NCBI GenBank assembly: GCA_002269645.1
Contig: NIVC01000085.1
Coordinates: forward strand, 248,001-312,000
Origin: Macrostomum lignano
Lineage: Eukaryota
Length of the DNA: 64,000 nt
Direction of reading: 5' to 3'
Shown in pieces: positions 48,868 through 62,850 of this stretch. The notes under the pieces are model-generated. The model searched no databases, had not been told where the DNA came from, and saw nothing but the letters and a program-made list of their open reading frames with translations. A program made the position numbers and the translations under genes. Position 1 is the stretch's first letter. Every line of letters begins with the position of its first letter.

Positions 48868-51800
48868 ATCTCTAACATAGAGCAGTATGTAAGGAGTCTT
48901 GTAGTGACCACCGCCACTGCAGCCCCATTCACTAAGACTGGTCTTTGTCACACAATCATCATTAGCGTGGATCCAGCAGTCTTGAGCAGTAGTAGTAGCA
49001 GTAGCAGCACTTTCTCGGTTGCTATGCCGACAAACGGCAGTGTAGTGACCGCTGTGCAGGGACATTCCGTGATGCACCACGAACGCCTCCAGGCGATACG
49101 GCACTTGCTGGATGCTTGGTGATGGCGTAGCCTCATCCGCAGTCGGCTGCTCCAATGGTACATGGATCCTGGGCTCCAGCCTGACAGTGGACTGGGTGTC
49201 CTTGGAGGCCACACGAGCAGCGAAGTCGAAGTGGAACAGCTGCAGCACCAGCAGGAGACAGTTGGGCAGGCTCTGCAGACTCAGCTGCTTCTCAGCTTCA
49301 ACCTGCAGTGTTGCATTTATTGCTTCAGGTGATAAAATCCAAGCTTTAGGTGATAGGGAATCCAAGCTTCAGGTGATAAAATCCAAGCTTTAGGTGATGG
49401 GGAATCCAAGCTTCAGGTGATGGGGAATCCAAGCTTTAGGTGATAGGGAATCCAAGCTTCAGGGTGATAGGGAATCAAAGCTTCAGGGTGATGGGGAATC
49501 CAAGCTTCAGGGTGATGGGGAATCCAAGCTTCAGGTTATGGGGAACCCAAGCTTCAGGTGATAGGGAATCCAAGCTTCAGGTGATGGGGAATCCAACCTC
49601 TGAGGATGGGAAATCCAAGCTTCAGGTGATAAAATCCAAGCTTCAGGTGATGGGGAATCCAACCTCTGAGGATGGGGAATCCAACCTCTGAGGATGGGGA
49701 ATCCAAGCTTCAGGTGATGGGGAATCCAAGCTTCAGGTGATGGGGAATCCAAGCTTCAGGTGATGGGGAATCCAAGCTTCAGGTGATGGGGAATCCAAGC
49801 TTCAGGTGATGGGGAATCCAAGCTTCAGGTGATGGGGAATCCAAGCTTCAGGTGATAAAATCCAAGCTTCAGGTGATGGGGAATCCAAGCTTCAGGTGAT
49901 GGGGAATCCAACCTCTGAGGATGGGGAATCCAAGCTTCAGGTGATAAAATCCAAGCTTCAGGTGATAAAATCCAAGCTTCAGGTGATAAAACCCAAGCTT
50001 CAGGTGATAAAATCCAAGCTTCAGGTGATAAAATCCAAGCTTCAGGTGATAAAACCCAAGCTTCAGGTGATGGGGAATCCAACCTCTGAGGATGGGGAAT
50101 CCAACCTCTGATGAGGATGGGGAATCCAACTTCTGATGATGGGGAATCCAACTTCTGATGATGGGGAATCCAACTTAATGATGATGGGGAATCCAACCTC
50201 TGATGAGGATGGGGAATCCAACTTCTGATGATGGGGAATCCAACTTCTGATGATGGGGAATCCAACTTAATGATGATGGGGAATCCAACCTCTGATGAGG
50301 ATGGGGAATCCAACTTCTGATGATGGGGAATCCAACTTAATGATGATGGGGAATCCAACCTCTGATGAGGATGGGGAATCCAACCTCTGATGAGGAGGAT
50401 GGGGAATCCAATCTCTGATGAGGAGGATGGGGAATCCAACCTTTGATGAGGATGGGGAATCCAATCTCTGATGAGGAGGATGGGGAATCCAACCTTTGAT
50501 GAGGAGGATGGGGAGTCCAGCCTCTGATGAGGATGGGGAATCCAACATCTGATGAGGAGGATGGGGAATCCAATCTCTGATGAGGAGGATGGGGAATCCA
50601 ACCTTTGATGAGGAGGATGGGGAGTCCAGCCTCTGATGAGGATGGGGAATCCAATCTCTGATGAGGATTGTGAATCCAGCCTCTGATGAGGAGGATGGGG
50701 AATCCAACCTTAGATGAGGAGGATGGGGAATCCAACCTTTGATGAGGAGGATGGGGAGTCCAGCCTCTGATGAGGATGGGGAATCCAGCCTCTGATGAGG
50801 ATGGGGAATCCAATCTCTGATGAGGATTGGGAATCCAGCCTCTGATGAGGATGGGGAATCCAATCTCTGATGAGGATTGGGAATCCAACCTCTGATGAGG
50901 ATTGGGAATCCAACCTCTGATGAGGATGGGGAATCCAACCCCTGATGAGGATGGGAATCTAATCTCTGAGGATGGGAAATCCAACGTCTGATGAGGATGG
51001 GGAATCCAACCTCTGATGAGGAGGATGGGGAATCCAACCTCTGATGAGGAGGATGGGGAATCCAACCTCTGATGAGGATAAGGAATTCCATCCCCTCTAA
51101 GGATGGGAAATCACCACAGTAAAACAGTCACCTTATCATTGCACTCAGCGCACAGCAGCTTGTCGTCTCCAGCAAGCATCTCGGGCTGCAGATAGTCAGC
51201 CAGCATCTGGGACACGCTGTTCTCCAAATGCTTGCGCAACGCCAAATGCAGAGTGACAAATGGGGCTGTGGTTCGCACCGAGTGACCGGCAGCTTTACAT
51301 CGCAAATGCACGCCCAGACGGCCGCTGAAACAACGGGCAACAAACCGCTTGGATTCGTCCAGCTGTGGTCCAATCGATTTCTCCTCTTCTATCAGGCTGT
51401 CAATCACGTGTAGAAGATATTCGGCGGAGTCCTGCTGACTGCCGTGGCTCATGTACACCGGTCGGGAGCGGAGCAGGAAGGTGTGAGGATTCAAGGCGGG
51501 GGCCACGGAGTCAAGAGATGGAGACATGCGACGGAGCAGATTGACCAGGTGCTCGCTGACCTGAGGGGAGAATGTGGATTGAGAAAATTTTCAATGATTA
51601 GGTGGAATTAACTCTAAGTAATCACGTGAGTCGTGACTATAATGAAATAATTTGGAAAGTGATAATAGAGTGTGACAGTCAGATGTGATCGTAGGGTGTG
51701 ACAATAACCAGTAGGATGTGACCGTAAGATTTGACAGTAAGATGTGGTAGTAAAACGTGACTGTAGGGAGTGACAGTAAGATGTGACCGGTTGTGACAGT

Positions 51801-54800
51801 ATGATTTGACGTGTGTGACAATAGTATGTAACTGTAGGGTGTGACAGTAAGATGTGACCGTAGGATGTGACAGTAAGATGTGACCGTAGGGTGTGACAGT
51901 AAGATGTGACCGTAGGGTGTGACAGTAAGATGTGACCGTAGAGTGTGACAGTAAGATGTAACCGTAGAGCGTGACAATAAGATGTAACCGTAGAGTGTGA
52001 CAGTAAGATGTAACCGTAGAGCGTGACAGTAAGATGTAACCGTAGAGCGTGACAGTAAGATGTAACCGTAGGCTGTGACACTAAGATGAGACTGTGGGTT
52101 GTGACCGTAGTAAGTGACAGTAAGATGTGATCATAGGTTGTAACAGTGACAGTAGGATGCGACCGTAGGGTGTGACAGTAAGATTAGACCGTATGGTTTG
52201 ACAGTAATATGTGACAGTAGTATGTGACCGTAGGATGTGACCGTAAGATGTGATCATAGGTTGTGACAGTAACAGTAGTATGTGACCGTAGGGTGTGACA
52301 GTAAGATGTGACCGTATGGTTTGATAGTAAGATGTGATCGTAGGGTGTGACAGTAAGCTTCATAGCAACCTTCATTAAAAAGGCCCACTTACAGTAGGCC
52401 CACGGGCTCTATTATCAGAGCTACCAGAACTACCAGGGGCTCCGGCAGCGGTCGCAGACGATTCCGCAACCTGAGCCAGCGCTTCAGGCAGATCAACATA
52501 GAGTCGAGCACAGGCCGACAGTAGCTGGATGGCCGCGCCAGCGTAGCAGGTGTTGCCGAGGTTCAGCAGACCGAGGCGGCCCGGAACTCTGTCCAGCTTG
52601 ATGGGAGACTGCGGGTTCATGAGAGAAATTTAGGGGTGGCTGTCACTAGCCAATCAGCGATCAGAGAGAGGAATTTAGGGGTGGCTGTGACTGGCCAATC
52701 AGCGATCAGAGAGAGGAATTTGGGGGTGGCTGTCACTAGCCAATCAGCGATCAGAGAGGAATTTAGGGGTGGCTGTCACTGGCCAATCAGCGATCAGAGA
52801 GAGGAATTTAGGGGTGGCTGTGACTAGCCAATCAGCGATCAGAGAGAGGTATTTGGGGGTGGGTGCGACTGTCCAATCAGCGATCAGAGAGGGGAATCTG
52901 GGGGTGGGTGTCACTGGCCAATCAGCGATCAGAGAGGGGAATCTGGGGGTGGGTGTGACTGATTAATCAGCGATCAGAAAAGAATTTATGAAATCTGGCA
53001 GCCTAATAATGACACTTTCATTTTCACTGATGACAGACAAAATCAGCCTGAAAGCAGACAAGCACCCTCACCTGCCACAGAGAAGCTGGAACTGCAGAGC
53101 TAGATGCTGCCACAGCAGATGATGGAGAGGCCGCGGAAGCAATGGAAGCCGCAGCGGCCGCATTGGCCTCCGCTGTAGCGGCAGCAACCAGCTGGTTGAT
53201 GTTGTGATCATGCAGCCTCCGTCGCAGGATGCTCAGATCTGGCGAGGCAAAGTGCTCAGTCAGACAGCGCAGCGGGCTGCCAACTGGGCCGAAAAATTCT
53301 TCAGTGATTGACAGGTCGTCTGGCTCTGAGCTTGAGTCTGTCGAAGAAACAGGAATTAGCTTGGCGGCCGCTTGTTGAGGTCGCCCAGGGAGCAGACGGT
53401 TGGCCTGGGCAGTGATGGGAATGACGGGTAAATGACTAGTGAATGACCAATTTACTGACAATGACCATCAGTGAATGATCAATTTACTGACAATGACCAA
53501 CAGTGAATGATCAATTTACTGACAATGACCAACGGTGACCGATCAATTTAATGACACTGACCATCAGTGAATGATCAATTTACTGACAATGACCAACAGT
53601 GAATGATCAATTTACTGACACTGACCAACAGTGAATGACCAATTTACTGACAATGACCAGCAGTGAATGATCAATTTACTGACAATGACCAGCAGTGAAT
53701 GATCAATTTACTGACAATGACCAGCAGTGAATGATCAATTTACTGACAATGACCAGCAGTGAATGATCAATTTACTGACAATGACCAGCAGTGAATGATC
53801 AATTTACTGACAATGACCAGCAGTGAATGATCAATTTACTGACAATGACCAAACAGTGAATGATCAATTTACTGACAATGACCAGCAGTGAATGATCAAT
53901 TTACTGACAATGACCAGCAGTGAATGACCAATTTACTGACAATGACCAGCAGTGAATGACCAATTTACTGACAATGACCAGCAGTGAATAACCAATTTAC
54001 TGACAATGACCAGCAGTGAATGACCAATTTACTGACAATGACCAGCAGTGAATAACCAATTTACTGACAATGACCAGCAGTGAATAACCAATTTACTGAC
54101 AATGACCAGCAGTGAATAACCAATTTACTGACAATGACCAGCAGTGAATGATCAATTTACTGACAATGACCAACAGTGAATGACCAATTTACTGACAATG
54201 ACCAAACAGTGAATGATCAATTTACTGACAATGACCAAACAGTGAATGATCAATTTACTGACAATGACCAACGGTGACCGATCAATTTAATGACACTGAC
54301 CATCAGTGAATGATCAATTTACTGACAATGACCAACAGTGAATGATCAATTTACTGACAATGACCAACAGTGAATGATCAATTTACTGACAATGACCAAA
54401 CAGTGAATGATCAATTTACTGACAATGACCAACAGTGAATGATCAATTTACTGACAATGACCAACAGTGAATGATCAATTTACTGACAATGACCAAACAG
54501 TGAATGATCAATTTACTGACAATGACCAACACAGTGTACAATAAACCACAGTAATGAGCAACACAAACCGTAGTCCTACCTTGTTCTTCCTTTTACAGAT
54601 AAGTCGCATTGCCCAAGCTAGTTCAGCAAGATCTCGCAATGCCTCAGTGTCGGGCTCGCCTTCAGACAGAGCTGGCAACAGCCGGTCTCTTAAGCAGTTC
54701 CTGTTTTAAAGGTGCGCAAATATGAGATATTTGGCTGATACGAGTTTATGATGCCTGTTATATCAAATGCCAGTCTTTCAAGGGGTTATAAATGTACCCT

Positions 54801-57344
54801 AGTGGTTATTTACAGAACGCCAGACTCTCAACTGGAAGGTCGGGGGTTCGATTCTGGATCTAACTCAGGAACAATTTGTGTCCTTGAGCAAGACCCAGCA
54901 TTAACTGGGGTAATTGAGGATGTGTGGCGACACACAAACAACTCACCTTGCCAACTCCACACCGGGCCGATTAGTCAGGACAAAAAAGTCGAACACAGTC
55001 AACGCCGGGGACCTGCTTGGCTTAGAGATCAATAGATCAGCCACGGTGTCCAGTCTGGAGCGCATGTAGCTCAGGCACATCACCGTTTTGTTGTAGCGAA
55101 GCGCCGCTCTAAGCAGGTAAAGAAGCCAGCCGCTCTCGACCGCGCCGTGACCAGGATAGCGAAGGCTGTGCAGCACGAAGTCCAGGATGGCTTCATAGGC
55201 GGCCTTGTCTGCTGCGTATCTGCGTGTGTACGTAAGGCACAAGGTACTGAGATCACCTGTCAATCAATCAATGAGATTACCATCTCTATCACCTGTCAAT
55301 CAATCAATGGGATTACCATCTATCACCTGTCAATCAATCAGTGGGATTACAATCTCTATCACCTGTCAATCAATCAATGGGATTACCAACTCTATCGTGT
55401 GTCAATCAATCAGTGGGATTACAATCTCTATCACCTGTCAATCAATCAATGGGATTATTAACTCTATCGTGTGTCAATCAATCAGTGGGATTACAATCTT
55501 TATCACTTGTCAATCAATGCGAGTAAACTCTCTTTTTCACCTTTCCCATGGCAAAAAAATCATAAAAAGAAATAAATACACTGAGAATCAAAACAGACTC
55601 ACTTTTCAGCCACCTTATCGCAGCAGAGCGGCACAATGCCGATAGGAACATTTCTCAAGCTCAGCGCTATCAATTGGCCACGATAGATTGAATTTGGTTT
55701 CTCAGGTAGACAGGCAGCAAGTTTGGCAAACAGCATCTCCAATGACTGGTAAATAGCCCGATCATTACCAGCCCACAGTATGGTTAATAATCGATTAAAC
55801 TGATCTAAACAGGATATGGCTAGTTGCCATGGCAACCGATGGACCTCGCCGAGGCACTGGACTATCGCCACGCAGCAGGCGTCAGAATCGGTCAAATTTA
55901 AATTGTCAATTCGACTGGCTAAGTCGCACAGTTCGGCCGCCGATTTTAGCAGATTGATTTGACCTTCATTTGACCCCGGCTCGACATGGCTAATCTGTTG
56001 AGAATTTTCATTAGCATTGGCTGCGTCGCAGCAACGGCGAAGTAGATCCGTCAGATTCTTTCGTACGCATCTGGCAAATGCCATGTCCAATGGGGAGCTC
56101 GAGAAGCCGCCGCCACCTCCACCTCCGACCCCGCCGCCGTCGCTAAGGACGCCGTGAGCAACGCGAAGAAGCAGAATCACTCGGTCTGGCTGGGCGTCTC
56201 TGGAATGGCGATGAGATCAAAAAGGTTGAGCTCCAACGGATCTAGAGGGGAGATTACTGAGTATCTAGAGGGGAGATTACTGAGTATCTAGAGGGGAGAT
56301 TACTGAGTATCTAGAGGGGAGATTACTGAGTATATAGAGGGGAGATTACTGAGTATCTAGAGGGGAGATTTTCGGAGATCTAGAGGCGAGATTACTAGGG
56401 ATCTAGAGAGGAGATTACTGATCTAAAAAGGAAATTGCTGAGGATCTAAAGAGGAGATTAGTGATGATCTAGATAGAGAGATTACCGAGGATCTAGAAAG
56501 GAGAATAATGAGGATCTAGAGATATTACTGAGGATCTAGAGGGAAGATTAGTGATGATCTAGAGGGGAGATTACTGAGAATCTAGAGAGGAGATTAGTGA
56601 TGATCTAGAGGGGAGATTACCGAGGATCTAGAGAGGAGATTAGTGATGATCTAGAGGCGAGATTACTGAGGATCTAGATGGTTGCATTATGAATGATCTA
56701 GAGGGGAGATTACTGAGATCTAGAGGAGATTAGTGATGATCTAGAGAGGAGATTACTTAGGATCTAGAGAGGAGATTAGTGATGATCTAGAGGGAATTTT
56801 ACTGAGGATCTAGATGGTTGCATTATGAATGATCTAGAGGGGAGATTACTGAGGATCTAGAGGGGAGATTACTGAGGATCTAGATGGTTTCATTATGAAT
56901 GATCTAGAGGGGAGATTAATGAGGATCTAGATGGTTGCATTATAAATGATCTATAGGGCTGTCAAACGAATTATCTTAAAGCTTAATCACTTACCTGGCA
57001 TAGAACGGCACCTGGCTCGCTAAACTATGCACCATAGCTTCGCGATTTTTTCGAAACACCAGCCCAGCCAGTTGGCGACACTTTTCAATCCACTGGTCCG
57101 GCACCGCGGTGACCAGGCAGTCCATTGAGGCTTCAACCAGAGCAGCAGATGACTGATGTAGAGGAGACTGGTCTCGCAGACACTGTAAGGCCTCTTCTAG
57201 GAGATGGCCAATGTCTGTGGCTTCAGACTGGTCAGACTGACTAGATTGCAGCTGACTAAGCTGATGCAGCAATCGCTGCTCAATCTCATTGGCTGTGTCA
57301 GCCTCAGCAGAGGACAATGGTAGAGCTGGGTCCCCATCAGCCAT
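48862..57344 (-). CDS. Ubiquitin C-terminal hydrolase, USP38/USP35-like, ~928 aa; exons 57344-56995, 56199-55603, 55246-54947, 54700-54580, 53404-53072, 52608-52393, 51560-51132, 49302-48862
   Basis: Cys box GLLNLGNTCY, QQDSAEYL, His box FVVHHGMSLHSGHY, ANDDCV, TPYILLY. The helical N-terminus (LLTILW...SLEMLF; LRYP...WLLYLLRA) resembles the recalled USP38/35 N-terminal repeats. All splice phases are consistent. Confidence 0.88.
49322..51115. repeat. USP intron-7 minisatellite (GATGGGGAATCCAAGCTTCAGGT / GATGAGGATGGGGAATCCAACCTCT)
   Basis: Seen directly. Confidence 0.95.
51655..52355. repeat. USP intron-6 ~26-bp minisatellite (GTGACAGTAAGATGTGACCGTAGGGT)
   Basis: Seen directly. Confidence 0.9.
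52628..52980. repeat. USP intron-5 ~45-bp repeat (CCAATCAGCGATCAGAGAGAGGAATTTAGGGGTGGCTGTCACTGG)
   Basis: Seen directly; ~8 copies. Confidence 0.9.
53432..54535. repeat. USP intron-4 ~32-bp minisatellite (CAGTGAATGATCAATTTACTGACAATGACCAG)
   Basis: Seen directly. Confidence 0.95.
54797..54939 (+). mobile_element. Internally deleted SINE copy in USP intron 3
   Basis: CCTAGTGGTT...GGGGTTCGATTC...GTGTCCTTGAGCAAG...GGGGTAATTGAGG; same family as 45443. Confidence 0.75.
55250..55520. repeat. USP intron-2 minisatellite (CTATCACCTGTCAATCAATCAATGGGATTAC)
   Basis: Seen directly. Confidence 0.85.
56240..56955. repeat. USP intron-1 ~23-bp minisatellite (GATCTAGAGGGGAGATTACTGAG)
   Basis: Seen directly. 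Confidence 0.9.
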
Positions 57345-57779
57345 TGCTCCATTAGCCTTGGCTACCTGCAAATATTCAGCCACATAAATTTGTTAATAAT
57401 TTTAATGCTCAGGTATTTATTTACATACATATGCTATATATAGCATATAAATATAATAAAAATGACATGATATCAATTATCTATAACTAAATTAATAATT
57501 ACTAAGTTATTTTTAATGAGGCCCAAACTCCGTATTCAATGTATTTATTAACTGTTTGCTAAAATTATTGAAATCTTTGTGGGTACATGTCCATACATGC
57601 CCAACTTTGAAATTTTACCTGGCTATGTGATTTACTTTTTGACCAAAAATGTGACTTACCTATAAAAGAAACCCTAAAGCAAAATAACCAAGGACACATA
57701 GGGCACCCTTTCCAATCAAGCTTGAATTTTTATATTTTTATATAGATAATATACATATAATATATACTATGTTGTAGCC

Positions 57780-58810
57780 CTGTTTTCAAGGCTGAGAGAT
57801 CTCTTCAGACCTATTTGAGGACCCATGCCAAGCAGCATCTTAGCAATGAGATTCTGAAGTGCATTAATGCCTAGTGACAGCCAACCTGGCTAGCTGTATG
57901 GCCTTTGTAAGGTTCATAAACCTGACAAACCCCTGAGACTGATTGTGTCTGATTAATACTGCTGAGTATGAACTTGCCAGATCCCTGGATTGTCTGATCA
58001 AACCATGTGATGTAGTGCTCATTTTATAATAATACAGTACTTGTTTTATAGAATATTCTTTTTCTACAATTAAAACTTTTTCTTTCTTAGAAAGTAAACT
58101 GCATTCAACTTTCCACCTTTATTTTTTGTTTAACTACAGTGTTTCCAAATAATATTTGTTTATCAATTCCAATTGCCAGCTCCTTCAAGCCTTGAGTCAA
58201 ATCAGTCCAAAAAGTAAGGATTTTCTTTGCAGATTTGATGTGACTTTACTTTTTACCAATATACCTTTGAAGCTAGCTATTGATCTTGCCACTGATCATA
58301 TGTATAATCTAAATCTGCCTGGGTTACTAAAGATGGTATTTAAAAAGTTATTAGAGGCTTTGCTATCTCTGGCATCTTCTTGTTTGATGACAAATATTAT
58401 TGCCAGATAGATGGCTGTGCCACGGGAAGCCTTCTTGCTCCTACTCTGGCCAATGTTTGCATAGCATACTGGGAAACTAAGTGGATCTCTTGGGTGTGCC
58501 CCAACTTTCTTTAAGCATTATGTTGATTACATGTTTGTCATTTTTGATGACTAGGCTAAGCACCAAGAGTTTTTTTCTGGCTTTGAACTTAACCCACAGC
58601 AACATCCAATTCACCATTAAGATAGGAGGCAAAAACTTCCATTTCTTAATGTTGAGGTTAATCTAAGCAATGACCAAGTCTTTACATAGGTTTATCACAA
58701 GCCTACATTTACTAGTTTACTGCTAAATTTCAATGCCCTCAATCCAAGACAGTGGAATATTGGCCTAATCCAATATATGCTATATAGAGCTTACTCTCTG
58801 TGTAGTTCTT
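57780..58810 (+). mobile_element. Decayed Penelope-like retroelement reverse-transcriptase remnant
   Basis: Across frames and stops: LYGLCKVHKPDKPLRLIVS, FDVTLLFTNIPL, DGCATGSLLAPTLAN, YVDY, HSNIQFT, VYHKPTFT, characteristic of PLE RT. Confidence 0.75.
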
Positions 58811-58947
58811 AGGCCTTATGTGTAGTTCCTAGAGTTTTTACTTTTTACCATGGACAATATACAAAGAGGCTCTAAATATATGTATTTTTCCTATTTCTTT
58901 TAGATTTAATTGCTTGCTCATAAACCATAGGCTTAACTAGCATATAA

Positions 58948-60173
58948 ATGCTAGCACATCAGGGCTGTCCAGCACCTTGGGTGCGCATTGAGTCTGTATT
59001 GATGTCGTACCAATGTCTATTAGGCGCTGAAATTCCTCTTGCCGACCTCAAATGTAACAGCGTTGGGGAACTTATAGATCGGTATAGCCAGAGAATCGCC
59101 ACAGATGGTGTGTGGCTTTGGCTCACGGATCTTGTACCCAGATTCGGCATAAATAGACAACCCAATTTGCCAGGCAAGGCCAATCCTGGCGCCGCAGCCA
59201 ACAACAACCAACAGTGGCTGAAGTTGGCCAGTTGCTCATGCCAGATGCTAACATTGACACCATCCTGAAGCACTGGCAGTGGTACATAACATGTTTGCGT
59301 GAATTGCCACTGAAAAAGCCGCTGCATCGGTCGCCTGTCAACTTTGGACCAGAAAAATGCATCACTGCAAAGCCGTCAAAACACTTTGCTGTGCAATTGG
59401 CTGTTGAATACAATAGAAAAAAGACGGCAGCTTCCAGCCAGTGTGGCTGCAATGCCATCATCACTGTGCAGAAATGGCCCCTGCCAATGTTTTGCGACAT
59501 TATGGGTCTCCTCACAACCATCATAGAAAGCCTAATGAACACTTACATGGGCTTTCTGTGGCAGGACGAACAGGATGGAGAGGAGGACAGAGAGGAGGAT
59601 GGAGAGGATGACTCATGCAACATCAGCATGGCACCTGCTGCTATGCTGGAGTGGCTAGTTGTCATCCAAGTTGGCTTACAAGACGTGATTAGGCGTGACT
59701 ATGGCCTTAACTGCTGTTTCCACCTGCTCAGATCTTGGGCTCAGCAGCGGGGCATGGGCCTGCGTTTGCCACAAAAAGTAGGAATAGAAAAACCTGCCGT
59801 TATGGGCATGGAGCCTTTGGCTGACTGAGCCGACGCTCTGCTGGTGCTACTCAGTTAGGAGGCAGGCAGATTTGATGTGGCCTATCAATGCAGAAAAGGC
59901 CGGAAAGATCTCATCGGCTTCTTGCTACAAATGCTGTTAAAGGAGAGCATCCCCTGTGGCTATTGTACGACAGATAATGTCACCATGGCCATTGTGGGTG
60001 TAGAGGTAAGGTACTACAGCTTTGATGCACCAGTAGTGCTTTTGATCTGCCATGAGGTGGCACAATTAATGGTCTGCAACCCGGCACTACTGGCATTGCC
60101 TAGCTCAGGCCTTACCTTGCAAGGGCTCATTTTTGACCCTGATGAGCCAATGCCTGCCACTGCGCCATACTAG
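58948..60173 (+). pseudogene. Frameshifted gene remnant with an N-terminal LOTUS/OST-HTH-like segment
   Basis: WVRIESVLMSYQCLLGAEIPLADLKCNSVGELID fits the LOTUS pattern (Y...G..IP...L...S..E L). Downstream ORFs are broken and include a Cys/His cluster. Confidence 0.4.
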
Positions 60174-61599
60174 TTTCCAGCGCAGTTCCCCCAACAGCAG
60201 CCACTACTTCCGCCACTGCAGCCAGCATTGTAGACAACGAGTATTATATGCTCTCATTTCTATAGATACAGCCTGGGCATGTGCAACCAGCATAATAAAA
60301 TGTTAAAGCGAAGAAAGTTTTAACAGTGCTACTACTATCCTATTGCTAATGTCTAGTTCCTGACGAATTAATCTGGGTTGAATCTTATTGATGCTACTAG
60401 TTTTGTATGGGGTTAATTGGGCTTATGGGACTAATTAGTCTTACTAATCTTACTAATTAATTAAATCTTACGTGGGATTTGTGAATTTATTTGAATAGGG
60501 GAACACTGCGCAGGTAGGGATAGCGAAGGCAGAATGCCTTAATGAGGAACTGTAACTTAGTTTTATTTTTAGCAGAGGTGCTTAATAGATGCCAAGTACT
60601 CACTAACTCAACTTAATAGGTTCTTCCCATGCATTTTTCCTGTATTTATATGAGTCCAGACCCATTTATACCTAACTATATATAAGTCTTCCACCTATCT
60701 GATGCATTTACCTTTTTCATGTGTACCACTTTTGTTTGACTAATACTCTATTCATGCCCTATTCATGTCGTTCACGTCATGACATTGGCAAACTTTTTTA
60801 CCTCAAGGGCCAGATAAGGGATCTAGCTCATGACTGCCGGCCAGGTGAGAGAGACAGTAAGATGGAATAGAAAATGAAAAATGAGAGGGCAGAGGATAGA
60901 ATGAGAAAAGAGATGAGATAAGATAATAGGAAAATAGGGATAGAGGGACAAGAAGATGAGCAGAAAAGAGTAGGGAGTAAAGGAGGGGAGAGGATACAAG
61001 AGAGGAGACAAGAGAGCTGAGAAGACAAACCCTAAGCAGGTTGGATTGCAATAGTGAAGTGCCAACCCCTGGTTTAAATGACAATGGGTGACATTCTTTT
61101 GTGGTGTCCTAATCCTTTATTCATTGTGTGGTTCCACCTTTCTGGTGCATTTACTATTTTTGTCTTGTGTACCTCTTTTGCGTGATGTCAAATACACATA
61201 ACAACTCGCTACTTTATTTGGGGCAAAATTATGCCCCCCTTTTTCAGTAAATCTGTACTTTGTTGCTTTACAAAACCATGAGGAATGAGTTCTATGCCAT
61301 AGCTATCAACTTGTTGGTGGAGACATGCCAATATGTTTCCAATAGGTAGGATATATTAGGGAAGTGGAAACTTAGGTATTGTTAATTAGTACTGATCTTG
61401 AGTGCACAAAAAGGCCATATGTCAACTGTCTCCATTGCAGTTCATTTTATGGATATGAATAGAAATGATCCACATATTCAGGCTCAGTCGGATGAATGCT
61501 GGCTGTATATGTGAGAATACATGAAAGAATACCACAAAGGTGTTAAAAGAAAAGCTAGTGCACTATCTGTCATTGAGTAGGTTCAGTGACTGTGACTTT

Positions 61600-62850
61600 G
61601 CCATCTGTATGAGACTACTGCTGGAGATGGTGCCGGCAATACAGTTGTAGACAACCAAGGTGCTGCTGGAGATGGTGCTGGCGATGCGATTATAGATGAC
61701 CAAGATGCTGCTGGAGATGTTGCTGGCGATGTGGTTGTAGATGACCAAGGCGCTGCTAGAGATGGTGCTGCTGATGTAGGTGAAGAACCAGATTTTGGAT
61801 CCAATGATCGTGTAGGAGAATTGAGTGCTCAGGACTATTTAAATCTGCCATTCTTTAGTGGAAATGCTGTGTCCTTGAGATCTGCTATGTTGTCACTATA
61901 GTCACTTTTCCTACAAGCCAATTTGTCCACACCCATATGACGACAGGTGCTGAAGACCCTTCACGACATGCTTCCTGGCTACAGTATTCCGTGTTTGGAC
62001 TGTATTTTCAATCACATGGCAACTGAGATAAAAGACAAATCTGCATGTGGATCTTCCCAGTGCCATTATATTTGCCTATCATGTGGCCAAACAGCGCTGG
62101 GTCACAATCAACCATGCAGTCAGTGCGATTCAGTTAAAGGACTAGCACATTTCTGGGCCTTTGACATTGGTAAACAGCTGATGCAGAGAATAGATGCTAG
62201 TCTGCTTTAATCTATTGTCTGGCCTGAAGAGTGGAGAGAGGCTGATGACCAGAAGTTGTACTATGGTACCAGTGAACTATACAAACACTTCTTGTTAGGT
62301 ATCAATCCCAGTTTAGCGATGGCTTCAATCCACACACTACGGGTTTCACAGAGGTATGTCCTATATATCTCTATATCACGGAAATCCAGGTGCGACAGCA
62401 ATGGAAGTTTGTTATTCTATGTGGCCTTTGGGCAGGCAAAGCTAAAGTGCGTCCTGCATCATTTTTGATAATTGTTATCCAACAGCTCAACATTCTCTGC
62501 ATCTCAGGTCTCGACGCAACAAGACCAGATGGTTCAAGCATGCGCCTTCGACTGTATCCCCTATTTGCCATTTTTGATGCTCCAATAGAGCGGCAACAGA
62601 ATGTGGACCAGGTGAAGGCGCGATGAATCACTAGTGCTATTGCAAATGAGGGGCTAACTTCTGGAAACCAGAATTCGGGCAAAAGACAACATCAGCAAGA
62701 TGTAGCTCATCTTGGTGAACATGCACAAGAGCCAGTGCCTGGTATCTGGAGAAGTCCGGATCAGCCACAAATGTCTCTAGACAGCGAGCTACTAGAGGAA
62801 TGAAATGTGGGCGATGTCCAAGATTGAGTGCATAACACCACCACCACATT
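61600..62850 (+). mobile_element. Decayed CACTA/EnSpm (CMC) transposase
   Basis: Across stops and frameshifts: LKTLHDMLP, HYICLSC...CSQC...FDIGKQL, FSDGFNP...PIYLYITE, VILCGLWAGK, FAIFDAP: the Tnp2/Transposase_21 motif order. Confidence 0.7.

Noticed and set aside
50100-51075. Repeated CTGATGAG followed by a GGAT/ATCC stem, resembling a hammerhead ribozyme core (also CCGATGAAG...GAAAC near 39211)
   Set aside because: The repeat lacks the required GAAA after stem II, and the 39.2-kb motif lacks a paired stem II. No complete catalytic core.
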